Part shown: one piece after another, positions 49,954 to 63,000 of the stretch
Numbering within the stretch: the stretch's first letter is position 1
Layout: every line of letters begins with the position of its first letter
Assembly (NCBI GenBank): GCA_000708835.1
Contig: DF236978.1
Span: 124,001-188,000, forward strand
Length of the DNA: 64,000 nt
DNA from: Klebsormidium nitens
Lineage: Eukaryota; Plantae; Klebsormidiophyceae
Reading direction: 5' to 3'
Translations under genes and position numbers: made by a program
Notes under the pieces: model-generated
Told to the model about the DNA's origin: nothing
Seen by the model: the letters and a program-made list of their open reading frames with translations, nothing else
The model's database searches: none

Positions 49954-50536
49954 AAAGTATTGATAAATTGAGAGTTTTAATCTAGCAGCACAATTTGGGA
50001 CCAGTACCTGATCGGACGTTGTCATAGGCTCTTTGTTGACTGGAAGCGCAGGCTCGCTCACTCATCTTACTTCCGCGCTAGCCAAGACCCGCCAACGTCA
50101 TGTCCCCTTATGAGTATGTGCATGGATGTCGGACGGTTCCACGGACTACTAGCAGGCTGTAGACATGGTTTCACCATAGCGCTATCCGACCATTGCATGC
50201 AAGAAACTTGGTTATGCACTCCTTCCCGGCGTCGCTCAGCATGCCTGCTGGCATGTGAGCGGGGCCGCGCACTGCAGTGGCACGGGACTGCACTTGCAAG
50301 TCGACTGCAGTACTGAAAATCGTGTTCGATCCGTGGAGTTGTATATCGCAGCTGTTTCTGCGCGTGAAGTAGCCACGTACGTACTAATATACCACACAGC
50401 AGGTTCAGCTAGCTTGCGACTCAGTAATTGGATGGTGCGTCTTGCATCCGAGATCTAGAAAGCTGTTTGGAGGTCATTGCAACCATTGTTTTCCATGATT
50501 TTCGAGGCGCGTTACAAGGTGACTACCTCATCGACT

Positions 50537-53500
50537 TCATGCGTCCTTCTTTGACTTTTTCCGCAAACCTGCTGTATTAGCTGCCTGCTTTTCTAAGGTC
50601 ACCTCTTTCGCGCGGGCTTCAAGGGGGAATAACCGTCCTAGCAACACGATAATCAACGGCACAAGCATCTGTAGATAGTACAAGGACCCAAAAACGCGCC
50701 AGATGTCTCGGATCGTCAAGACCTGCGCCGCAAAACGAAGCATGGCGTCGTTTGATGTCAAAACAGCATGGTTGGATCCGTAGGCGGATTAATGGCAATT
50801 ACTGTGCTTGTCAAAGGAGCAAACTGGCATTACAAAAGAACCAAATCAGACTATATGGTCTGTTCTGATCATCATTTTCAATCAAGTCAAATATTTTAAC
50901 TTCACCAGAGACGAAAAAGCGCCAAAGATAGCGGGTTATGGAGCAACAAGCTGAAGCTTTCCGAAGGGCACCCACCGAGTCAAAAAAGGCCATCCAATTA
51001 GTGGCATGTGTCAGCTGCGTGTAGGCGCACATGAGCGCGCGCGCGGGCAGGTTCAGCGCGGGATAGCGCTTCACTAATCTGGTCTGGTACTTGTACAAAA
51101 CTGCAGCTAACTAAGAACGTTATCATCTGCGACGTTCCAATCAGAGCATGTAACTAACGAGGAGCTGAGGCTTCCGAAGGCACCCACCGAGACGAAGAAG
51201 GCCATTCGATTCGTGCCATGTGTCAGCTGCGTGTAGGCCCACATCAGCACGCGCGTGGGGAGTTTAAGAGCAGGATAGCGGTCGACAAGTCGGGTTTGGT
51301 ATTTGTACAAAACTGCAGAGTAGAAAGCCGGCCTCTGCGGGAAGTGATTGTCGTCCTAAACCAACTAAACTACTCGCTCAACTAACTGTCACGTCTGTCT
51401 ATCCGCTTGGAAGAGTGCTACGGGTTACGCATAACTACAGCTCTTTGCGAGCAGCCTGCGATTGAAGTTAGAGAGGGAAGCTTAAAAGTTAGATGGCTAC
51501 GTTAGTCGAGTCTGCAACCATATTGCGACAAGTGACTTGCTAACTTTTAAAGCTTTCTCGTCTACCTAAAATCGGCAGGTTGCTTGAAAGAGCTGTAGCA
51601 TCCGGAATGGCGTCCGAAAAATTGTTTGGCCTGATTGTTTGAATCTTCGATTTGGGCTTGGGCTGAGAATGGTAACGAGACTCGTCGGCATGATGCTTCT
51701 GCAACCGATTGTCCTCTAGTAGATACTCACGTGGACTTCTTTGAATCCGGACTTGCGGAGACTGTTCTCCGCTTTCTTTATTCCTGTAGGTGATCAAGTT
51801 ATGCAGTGCCAGGTCCGAGTAAGACAGCGCGTTTTCCAAAAGCAGATCAGAAGGATTGGTGAGCTCACCTCGACCGCTCATGATGATGACGGAACCATTG
51901 AGCCGGAAGAGGGCCTGACCTAGATAAGGACCCTGCATTCAAAATCAAGAAACTGGTAGAGCGTGTGAACTGCATAAATGTGCTACGTCATAAGACTTGC
52001 GCGCAAGGCCTTTTCAGTGCAAGATATTCAAGGGCTGCCGCCTTATAACGGTTTGAAAGATGTGTGGCCGGGACGCATCTGCGCTGCCTGGAGATGACCG
52101 CGCCAGCATGACGTCACACCGGCGTCAGCGAACAGACGCCGAATCCGCGACGGACCAACAAATGCAACGGGCAGCAAAATTTCAGAGCGGAAGTCCGTGG
52201 GCGAACAAATCAGTCTATTCGTTTCCAGGGAGATTAGCAGAGGAACATGCACCAGAGCACCTAAGACTTAACGTATCATAGGCCACGACTGGACAACACT
52301 GACGGGTAAAGGCACGGAAACGACTTTAACAGCTTAGCCTTAAATAAGACCTCGGGTTCCTCGGGAACAGGCTCACTCACGTGCCAGATTGAAGACACCA
52401 TTTGCGTGGCGGCGAGTTGAAGAAACCCGGGCTTTTGCCCGGGGGGAGTCAGCCGCTCGTACACGTCTGTGATTGATGGGCTTTTGTTAGCTGAACAACC
52501 ATAACAAACATCTCGAGGAAAGACGAGAGCAAAAGTGCACCATGACTTTCTTGCTCGAAAAGTGCTTTCAAAAGGTGAACGTTCAACAATGTAGACGAGA
52601 GCGACAAGACAGATGCTCTGACACGGCCCAATGATGCTCAAAGCCCCGGGGAGATTGACACCAGTGCCAGAAAACAGGGCACTCACAGTGTCGCAGCCAA
52701 AGTCCAGTGTGTATGTTCCAGTTGGCCCAGATGGCCGCGGGATGCTTTGCAAGCTCGCTGCCCAACACCCGGACGTTGACCGCCCCCGCCCTGCGTCCAA
52801 ACGTCCGAAGTGTGAACGTGTCTCCTCGACGAATTAAGTATGTTGATAAATCTGTACGAATCTGATGCATCTTTGGCACGGCTTACTGAAGGATTTAGAT
52901 CCTCATTGGACCTGCATCTGACTACGAAAAGTGAGCTTGAAATTGAGTCACTTCGGACAGCCCGTGACGCGGTCCGCCAAATCTCTTCGACAGCTTTTTC
53001 ACGGTTGATGCTTAACTTCGTTCTACTACGGAGTAAGGGGCACACGATTTCCACGGTCATTTTAAGGCACACCAGTCGAGTTCTGCAGCAAAGCCGTTCT
53101 CTGAATGGAAGTTCGGAGGGCGACAGCGGGCGGTTTGGCAGCAGGGAATCTGAGGACAGAGTCTCCGACCAGCACTTACCAGGCGGGCTGTCCAGTGTGC
53201 CACCAAAAGACTCCCTGCCGAGAGGAACAGCAACGTCCGGCAAATCTCAGCCGCAAAGGGAGGGATTGAATGCCGCGCAGCGCCCACTGAAAGGGCTTTC
53301 TGTCGTGCGACCTCAAGAAGCCCTGCCCCATGTGATGTTCAGGGCTGAGTTACGAGGATGGCCCAAACTGATGCTTTACGGGCGAGATACGGCGAAGTTT
53401 CAGCAGGGAATCCAGGCAGAAAGTCGCCGAGCAGCGCTCACCAGGCGGGCTTCCCGTTGTGCCAACCCGAGAAGCCCTGCCCCGAGAGCACCCAGGCCGC

Positions 53501-56354
53501 CTCGAAGCACGACCACATGGCGTAGCACATGAATCGCTGGTGCTCAAACACGAGCAGCTGGTAGCCCAGCCTGTAAAACAAACGAGTGCGGGGTTCCGTG
53601 TTCGAAAGTGTCTGGGGTTTTGGTTCTGGATGTTGGGCGTATAGGCGTGCGGATGGACACTTCGATTAAAGCCCGTGCACATCAGTGGTGTGGGGCGGGC
53701 GACGATACACCGGCAGGCGAAACATATGCCATGTTCACAAGGAGACGTACCTGCAAACAGCGTTCTTTGAAGCTGATGAGGACAGCCAAACACTTGCAGA
53801 TCAAGGGTACATTCTCTAGGTTTGGGTCCTCAAACTGAATCCGTGGGTTCCATGGATCTCATGGTGTGATGGTTCCTGGCTTGAGGGCACCTGAATGTGC
53901 AATAGGGCCATGGCCCGGTTCCCGGAAGACACTCGTGCGAGTCGAGGGTGAGAGGCTTATGTTACAATAGTTTTCGGGCGGGCAAGCGGAGGCGAAGAAG
54001 GTTGCGAGGGCACGAAGGCGGTTATGCAATGGACCGCAATTTCAACCTCTGGCTGTATGTACCTTACGTAATTAAGCGCGAAGGACACGGGCGGTTCTCT
54101 GACAGGATCATGCCTCATGGCGTGTATCCCTTTTGCGAAGAGAAAGACAGAACAAGACTATCAGTGATCTTATAAGGCTCTTGAGCAACGAGGGGAATTG
54201 GGTCGAGTACCACCAAAGAACAAGTTAGGCCCAGGCGACATAAAGGTCACGCCTACTTGAGAGCTGGATTAAACATCCACACTGGACACGCAATCAGCCA
54301 TATGGCAGTCAGACAAAGAGAAACGAGCAAGGCCTCTCACCTCCGCCAAAAGGAGTATGTGTGATTGTACGCGTAGGATTTCAGAAAGGCGACGGGGGCC
54401 AGCCGGGCCGTTTTGAAGGTCAGGTAGCCAAACACGGCGGTGCGTGCCAGCGCGACACTAGCAGCAGGCAGCGGGTTTGGTGTCTTCTCTTTGCGACTCC
54501 ACCGCTGGACGAAGCGGGAAAACGAGGAGGTTCATTTGAGGGATGCCTGGCTGATTGTTGAGCCTCTGGACTTGAAGCTGCAATGACATGCCTCAGTCGA
54601 GATGTTCCCTAACGTTTAGGGTATGGAAAAAAGCGGACTAAGTGCGCCATATGTCAATGGAGACCCCTCCTTGGGGTCAATCTGCCTTGTAGAGCGGCAA
54701 CCGAAGCATCATCATGGAGTTTAACAACCATCTTTTATAACCAGAAACAGGTAAGAGCAGAACTTATTCATCTCAATGCAGAAAACTGAAGCTCACCCCT
54801 TCTGTCTTTGTGTACTGTATGTAGTCCACGTAGTCAACGTGAGGCCCCACTGACATGTACCCTTGACTCACGTAGCCCAGATACTCCAGTATGTTTGGCA
54901 GCGAATTGATCCGAAACAGGGCCTGCGTCTTTGAGAGGCGCTCCTCGGGAAGCAAACCGTCCTGGTAGTTATAGGCGACTGAACCCAGCCGCAAGACTAG
55001 AACCATAAAGTAGCCTGTGAGGCATAGTCGGCCAGTAGTTAGCTCGTAACTCAATAGATGAGGGGCACAAAGAATCAAACGAGAGCAGGCCAGAAAAGAA
55101 ACATGAAAAGGTTGGTGGATGGTCTTAAAAAGCAAGTTGGTCGGCAGGCAAGAGAGGGGTACACCAATCATGGGTTGAAAAGGAGATTCTGTGTTCCAGA
55201 GTACAACATGTAGAGACTCATTTAGGAAAAAAGGTTATGAGGAACCCAGGGAGCCTAACCACAATTGACTGCAGTATATCAGAGGCCGGGTGCTGCTCAA
55301 GGACAGACGAAAACTAGTCACATATGGAGCTCAAGCAAACTGGTCTAGGAAACGAGCAGGTGTATGCTGAAGCCTCTCGAAACTTAGAACTGTGCCATTT
55401 GATATTATAGCAATAAATTTGTAAAACTTCTGCATCACAGCAAGAAATTTCAGCCTCCGATGAGTCCTCTGTTACATCGTTGCATTCACATAAAAGAAAG
55501 TGAAAGTAGATGTAGGTATCAGCCTACCAACAAAGGGGAATGTGCCCATGTACTGCCCGCTGTACAACCAGTGACTGCACACAGATGAAGAGGTGGTCAA
55601 ATGGAGCAGCTTCATTCATTTGACCAGGTCGAAGTCAGCACGCGGATACTGAGGACGACAGAGCTGCTGGTGAACAACCCTCCAAAGCAGCTGGCATGAC
55701 AGGGCCTCTGATTGGTATTTTAACAGTGAAGGACTGGAGAGCAGAAGACAGTTCTTGGACCCACTCTCCTCACAATGATAGCTTATTCCTTTTGGCGCTC
55801 TGAATAACACGGAGAATCTGTGATGAAGTACGGCTTTTTGGAAAATTGCTACTTTATGAAGGGTTCAAAGAAGGAGAGAGCACATGTGAAAAGTGTTGAA
55901 CAGGGGGATTGGCACGCCAGCCTGATAGATTGATACATCAAAGACGCTCGAACCCCAGTCAATTAGTGTCTATATCATCTAGAACACTGAGTGACGTGCA
56001 ATCTGAGTTCCGCATCCGCTTGATTGCATCCGACAGTATGACTTACCACCAGGTCATGTGAGCGAACGCCACCCACGTCACCATCACCCCGCACCACGGC
56101 CGGAAGAGCAGCATGATCGAGTACGATACAGCAATGATGAATGCAAAATGTGGCACTGCCTCAGGATGGAGAAGTCTCAATAAGACTGTCGCGGTCAGAA
56201 AAGAGTACAGGTGGCGGCCGGTGGTGGTTGGGACAAATCTGTGAATAAGCCCCAGGGGAATGCAGGAGAAGAAGCAGGCATACTGTAGAGTCTGCCTTGA
56301 GAGCCCCTGATAGCCGGCGGGAAACCATTGAGAGGCTGCATGTAGCGGTGCCAT
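50537..56354 (-). CDS. MBOAT-family lysophospholipid acyltransferase (LPCAT/LPLAT-like), ~476 aa
   Basis: Exons 56047-56354, 55528-55574, 54797-55014, 54341-54504, 53442-53570, 52687-52790, 52381-52466, 51869-51932, [51188-51312 or 50976-51100] and 50537-50722. Motifs: AYNYQDG, LPNILEYLGY, GQGFSGW, WNIHTGLWLRHYVYERL, TQMVSSIWHG (catalytic His), C-terminal KKDA* (KKXX). Confidence 0.93.
50950..51320 (-). other. Tandemly duplicated 125-nt exon (212-bp unit), candidate mutually exclusive pair
   Basis: Both copies have ctgcag|TTTTGTACAA...TCG|gtgggtgcc, identical length, phase 1 to phase 0, and open frames. Confidence 0.85.
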
Positions 56355-57034
56355 CGTAGGATGCACAAAGGCGACAGTGCAGAGCTGATGCAGTTTGTAG
56401 GTGCATCTCACAGAAGGCAAGATACAAAGTGAAGGATTGATAAGGTGTGCAATCAAAAGGGGCACTATGTATGGTGCGTTGACCTCTACATAAGCTGGGA
56501 AAGTAAGCTCAATGAGTGCCCTACGAGACGCCTCTCACAAGGCGGAGGAGCAGCAGTGCAAAATTCGTCTCAGCTAGAGTCACCTAGGTCGAGCGCGACT
56601 ATGCTGGATTTATAATGCACTCTCCCTCAGGCTGTGCTCCAGTATCAACGCAGCCAAAACTAGGCTCAAAAGCACTGTGACCGTCACGTGGCGACTTAGA
56701 CGGTCCAGATGGACAGCGATATCTGAGGAGCTTCTTCACACCGTAAATGGACGGGAAGAACTTGAAGGCTGCCGTCACTGATTTTGGCGCGCTTGAACTT
56801 GAACTTGATCAAAAGTTCTGCAGCTTTGCATGTCTTGACCAACCATTCTCGGACTCCCGTCTGGCACAGAGTTCCGCAATGGCGCGACTTGCCAGGTAGG
56901 ACGTAGGCTTTGTTGGTTGCCACCTGGGGGCTGGAAAGGGGACAGTTCGGCATGTGAAGAAGTGAGTATCGTCGAAGGGACTCTGCAAATAGTTCGCTGG
57001 CTTGACGAGGGACCCGGTTTCAGACCTTTTCCAG

Positions 57035-60000
57035 ATGGAGCCAGCCCCTAAGAAAACAGTTGCGGAAGTCGCCCCAGGCATAGCCGCCGATCCTGTGGTG
57101 GCTAGAAGGCCGGAGCAATGGGGGTTGCTGACAGCAGTGTCGGCTGCCGCAAAGGAGCGCAAGCAGGTGTGTACAAGGTGTTGAAATATGAGAATTCGTG
57201 TCTGCTGAAAATCTGCGTAGTGACCACCGTTTTCTTGTTCAATTTCAGAGGCAACATTTCCAAGAATGAATCCATATCCTTCTTCTCCTCTTGGCACTCA
57301 GCATAATCGTCAACATTTTGGGTTTGGTTACAAAGTAAGTTGACTCTTCTCCATCATGCGCAGCATTTTCACAGCAGTTTCTCATCTCAAGCTCCCTGTC
57401 ACACAACAATTGGCAAGGGAGTACTGGCGCACTACATGCCTTTTCCGACTTTTGATACTTACTGAAGAACTGACAGGATTTGGAACTCGAAGCTCATATG
57501 CTTATCCCCAACTTTCAGAAGACATGGGCGGCATGCCGGACTAGAATATTAGCAGATTACCTCGGATTCTGGTCCAGATTGCCACAACATCACTTCGTAA
57601 AGTTCCAGTGCTACTTTCAGGTGTGCACCTGACAGAAGCAGTTATTGGCTCTTGTTTGGTTCTAGAGGCTCTGGAGTGCAGCAATGCTTGTAAACCCCAC
57701 AATTGACTACCAGGTAGCATGAAGCTCTATACCATTGTGAGACAAGCCGGCTGACAGCCTCATACTTCTTTCTCAGGGTCAGGACATCATTCTCTACAGA
57801 AAGGAGCATTTGCTCGGCAGACTCGTCCCAGACACCCACTACAAGTTTGACCTGACCAACGTCAGCGGAAAGCACTGTAAAGTGTTTCTGGAAACCAGGA
57901 AAACCGAAGAGGGAGAGGAGACGGTGGTTCTCGTGCAAGACTCCAGCTCGAATGGCACGTTTATCAACGGCGTGCGATTGGAGAAGGGGGGGACGCCTTT
58001 GGTGCTCCAGAATGCCGACATACTTTCCCTGGTGGGCGTGCCTGATGCTGGTGAGGATTCTCGTGTGACTTGTTGTCCTCTTCCAACTGAAAGGTTCTCT
58101 TTAAGATTGCAAGATGGGGGCCAATTGGCAGGTACGCTGTTAGCGTCTAGCTCTGCCGGATACCCCATCTCTGGAATACCTGATGCGGATGAATGATTGT
58201 CCACTCGTTCAGAAAGCATTATCTACAGCCTTACCTTCGCGTTCCTATTCTTCTTCGGACATGCGTTTTTGCAAGTCACAGCCATATGCAATAACAAAGT
58301 GCCGCTCACAATCCAGTCTGTATCCATCTGCAGATGCCGCACTTGCCTATGTCTTCCGGGCGGTCAACGCGATCGGGGCCCCTTTGCCTGCTGAGCAAAT
58401 TGTGGCTGCCAAGCCCCAACAGCCTGCGCCAGCCCCTGTTCGGCAGCCGGCCCCCAAGCGGAAGCCGTCACCCCCTGGTATGTATCTTCAAACTTTCTCT
58501 TCGGCCTTTCATAAAAGGCTATTCATTCTGGTAAGGATGTTTTCCGTAAAAATGTTTTCTGTGGTTCTGATACACACAGGGACCACAGGTCTCATGAAAA
58601 CGAGCTGAAGGTTCTGCAGTTTGCCAGTCGGTCCACATCTTCTCAGTTCAACACTTAATCCATGTCCTCAGGAGGCTGCTGTCAGAAACGCCCCTCAACC
58701 TTCCCTTTTAGTAAACAATCGCAAAGCATTCTGTTGACATGCGTAAACTGTAGCCTTCCCGACCACATGTAACAGAGGTTAGATGACGTGCATACGTAAG
58801 TGCTTTCCCCATACTAGGCCTCCTTCTGCTCTGCTATTGCTCACAAAGCTGAGTCCTGTTTGCAGCGTCGGGCGTGGTTGGAAGCGAGCAGCCTTCAGAG
58901 GGAAAAAGAGCACGAGCGGGCGACGGAGCTGCAGACGTGGTGCGCTTGGACGACATGAAGAGACTGCAAAGGTCCAACGAGGTGCGCTTACCGGCCTTCT
59001 TTTGTGTTTGTTTCTGATACACAAGTTGCCAAGCAGTTCAGCAACAGCAGAAAACAATTGAAAGATCAGAATGATCACAATAGTGGCATTAGTCAGTTTG
59101 TACGTTGAGGCTTTTGCAACGCTCTCTGGAATCTCCTCCAGCGCTGCAGACGACTTCAGGCGCCCTCGTTCTCGGATACAAGCCCCAGAATCCAGACAAA
59201 TAGCAGAAGCTGTGAAGTGGCAGCCAAGGGCAGGAGATGATTATTGACTATCTTAAGGATGTGTTGCTGATATTCATTGCCGATTTCTATTTCCATCCAC
59301 TTCAGGAGTTGACCAGAGGGAAGGAGGCTCAGCAGCGGACCATCGAGGCATTGAAGGCGGACATGCGGAGCGCCGAGCAGAAGCATCAGGAAGAGAAGGC
59401 GGAGATGGAAAAGGGCTGGAAGGCGAAGCTGGAGCAAGCACAGGTGAACGACACATAGTGCACTTGTGCAGATCTTTTTTACGTGCTGATCAAATTTTAG
59501 TCCTCTAGTTGCGGTAGGCTTGTTTCGTGGAGGCGAGACCCAGTCGCAATTCACGGTGTAACTTGGACTTAATATGTCTAGGAGGCGTACTCAATGTGCA
59601 GGTTGTCACTGATATCGTGCGGGTTGTTGAGGATACAAACCTTCTAGGCAGTCTACCATCTCAGTGGACCTTCAAGCACTTTCTCCACTCAAGCCGTAAT
59701 TTCATGAAAGTTTCAACAATATCGCCCTCTCTGTAAAATCGCCCGTCCCTTCCGGCCAGATTAATGCGTTCTATCCCATCCCCCATTCAACAGCAAGTTT
59801 CGATCGCACTCGTCGTCTAACCATGCTCTATACTGCTCTGCTGCCAGGCCGAAGCAAAGGAACACGTGGCAGGCCTGGAGCGGTCGAAAGCGGCCCAGTC
59901 GCAGCAGCAGAGCGCCATAGAAGACCTGCAACGGCGGCTGGAAGCCGCGGGGCAATCCAGGAAGGAAGCCGACGAGGCCATCAAAAAGTGAGTAATCCCA

Positions 60001-63000
60001 CTTGTTTCACTCTGCAAGGTGCAACAATGACGCAGTTTTGGAAAACTTTTAGCCCTTGAGCCCAGGCAGATCCTGGCAGAGGAGATTGCCTTTTCTCCTG
60101 CCAAATCCTGAGTTTGGCTGGTGCTTGTCATGGCAGGCAAATTCCGTTCAAGATATGCAAAAGACTTTTTTTGGTCCACTCTATTGCTGATTTCGAGCTT
60201 GTGCACGTCGCAGCCACCTGACGACCATTAACGAGCTTACACGTGGCCTCGACAACGAGCGGAAGGCCCGGGCCGCCGAGAAGCTCCAGGCAGAGGACGA
60301 GCAGAAAGCGGCAGTAGAAAAAGTGCGAGCGGAGGCGCAAGCAGAGCTCGCGCGTAAGACGGAGGGGGCCGAGAGGGAGAAGGAGGAGCAGGCCAAGCGG
60401 CTGCAGCAGCTACAGGTAAGAATGCGCCCGTCCTGGAACATGTTGGCTGTAACTTGGGATACGAATATACTACAAGGTTTTGGAGGTTCGTGATATTTTG
60501 TTTTCTTTTTTAAAGGAACCCGCTTTAGGAGGCAAGGCTGTCACAAAATGGTGTGAAGCGGCAGATTTTCTCCTGGCCTCGTGATGGGGCCTGTTTCTGA
60601 TAGCAAACGCCGATGCAACTCCTCGTTGTCGGAAGGTCGAAAAAGAGCTTAGTGTCCTCATTTGGGCGAGGTAGTGCTTGCCAAAACTTTCATTCAACCC
60701 CAATGTGCCCATCTTTCCGTACAAACCTTCTGGTGTCTGTCTGCGAACTGCGCCTGAAGGAAACAGTGGTTGACTTTACTTCCTTGTTTCCAGGACACCG
60801 AAAAGGAGATTCGTACGCAGAACGAGTCGTTGCGCGCCAAGCTGGAGCAGCAGCGCGAGCTGCTCGTGGGAGCGCAGGAGCAGGAGCGGCGGCTACAGGC
60901 CCGAGTGGCGGAGGAGCGGGCGGGCACGGGGGCGCAGCGTGCGCAACTAGAGGCGGCGCAGGCGGAGCTGCGGAAGAAGGAGGACGCTCTGCAACTAGAG
61001 CGGGTGAGCGAGCTTTCAAGAATGGCAGGTTCAGGTTTTAGGGTGGATCCGGAAAACTGTACCCATAGAGTTTATTGAATTGTTGTGAGGATATCTGGTT
61101 GGGCAATGCAGTGTTCGTGAGCTTCGACTTCACGCTCTGACCCCGGGCGTTTGGTGCATCCGATGAAGTGTGGGAGCCCACCGGAGGGTGTGAAAGCGAT
61201 GTGCTTCGAGCAGCGGGTTCGAGCGGTTTCGTGTCAGCAAGGCGTCACGCGAATAGCGCCCTCGATGCAGCTACTTTGCAAGACAAGAGCAAACGCTCAG
61301 ACTTCATCATTTTTTCTTTCAAACCGTTCAACTATGTATTTTGTCCTTCCCAATCATGCATACGTCTGCTAGAAATAGCGGAACGGAGGTTGCAGCTTAG
61401 GCTGGATCACGAAGTTGTCGTCACGTAAACATCTTCTGTAGCCAGCCTGATGCAGTGTTGTGTGCAAAGCTCTGAAGCCCTGATGTTGGCGAGCCCCAGC
61501 AAGCCCGACGACAACTCTATTTGCTGCCGTCTGCTGCCGTTTACTGCCGTTGCTGCTGTTTGCTGCCAATTTGCTGCCGTTCCTTGTTGCTTTGCTGCCG
61601 TTTCACAAGTTGAAAGTTTGTGGAGCAGCTCTTTCGGTTCCAACCGACCCTCAATATTTCAGTGGCAGCCCGATTGCCGGAAAGAACTGCCGAGTTCCAG
61701 AACCGGTGGATGTGTTTTGACACTTTCCACCCATCGTCGCAGGCCCAGCGCGTCCAGGCGGAGAGCAGTGTCAAGTCGCTGTCGACACGCCTTGAAGAGA
61801 TGACCAACAAGCTGGCGTTTGAGACGGAGCGGCTTCACGTACGTCAATCTTCGATGCACTGGGTCTCCTCTGCAAGAAACTATCGTCTTGTTGACGGACG
61901 TATTTTAAGCATGCGGAAAGTTCTTCTTCACTTTTCCTTTTTGGGTCCGAGATGGGAACGTTTCCAGCCGTTCAATAATCCCCTTATCTTGCACCACTAC
62001 CCCGCTGAAACTCCTCCAAGGTCGTCACTTTCGGTTTTGCATGATCTCCGGTCCGGTATAAATCGGCTTCACGTTGGACTTCGAGGTCGTTTATTATCTC
62101 TCTGATTGATTCCATCCTTTGTCGAGTCCAGTCGCTTTTGCTCAACAACACGTCTTCCACAGTCTGCCGGATCCGCCGCTTTGAATCTGATGGCGTTTCT
62201 TCGATCTAGGATGTTCGCTGTTCTCTCAAGTTGTGCAAGTGCTTGTGAGCCGTCTCATACATCGAGAATTCGTTGATTCCAGCTCCGAGTGTTTCGAGGG
62301 TTGGACCTTGCATTGTCCACCGGGCTTGAAAGACGGTTATCCCAGCTTCAAACCCTTCTTTAAAAATCTTCCCCTGGCTGAAGCTTGTACTTTTCACGGA
62401 GCTTGAAAGCCCGTGATTTCAACTTCACATCTTTTGATAGGCTGAACTCTATTCAATTTTGCAGGGCTTAAAGGACCGCATCCTGGTGCGCGAAACGCAG
62501 CTGCGCGCGTTCCACAGCACGACGGCCAAGGCGTTCCCATTGCTCCAGACCATGATGGAGCAGCTCGACACGATGAGGAGCGTGAGCAAACTGTCAGCAG
62601 AGGACGAGCAAGAAATCACTCGCAGCGGGGGGGAGGGTTCCAAAGGCACGGTTAACCCCCCTGAGGCAAACGAGCTCGCGGAGGGGGGCGAGGATGACAC
62701 TGGAAACAGCCCCCTGAGGCGAGATGAGGAGATGGCGGACGCAGAGGAGGCGTGGAGAGATGTCAATATGACGCAACTCGAAGAGGATGAGGAGTTCGTC
62801 TTGAGCACCGCGCCTGTGAGGCGGACTCCGCAGAAGACCCCCCCGAAAAGTTTGCGGGTTGCGTCGCCCGCTCAGAGGGGGTCAGCTTCGAAGACGCCCG
62901 GGTTAAGGGCGGGGTTAGCGTCGCCGGGTGGGGTTAGCAGGGCGTTAAAGTTCGGGCAGGAGAACGGGGGTACGTCTCAGGAGGAAGAACAGGAGGGAAG

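Noticed and set aside
52840-53532. 230-aa plus-strand ORF in the MBOAT intron (possible nested gene or TE)
   Set aside because: No transposase or RT motif, codon use unlike the real exons, and it overlaps an MBOAT exon antisense.
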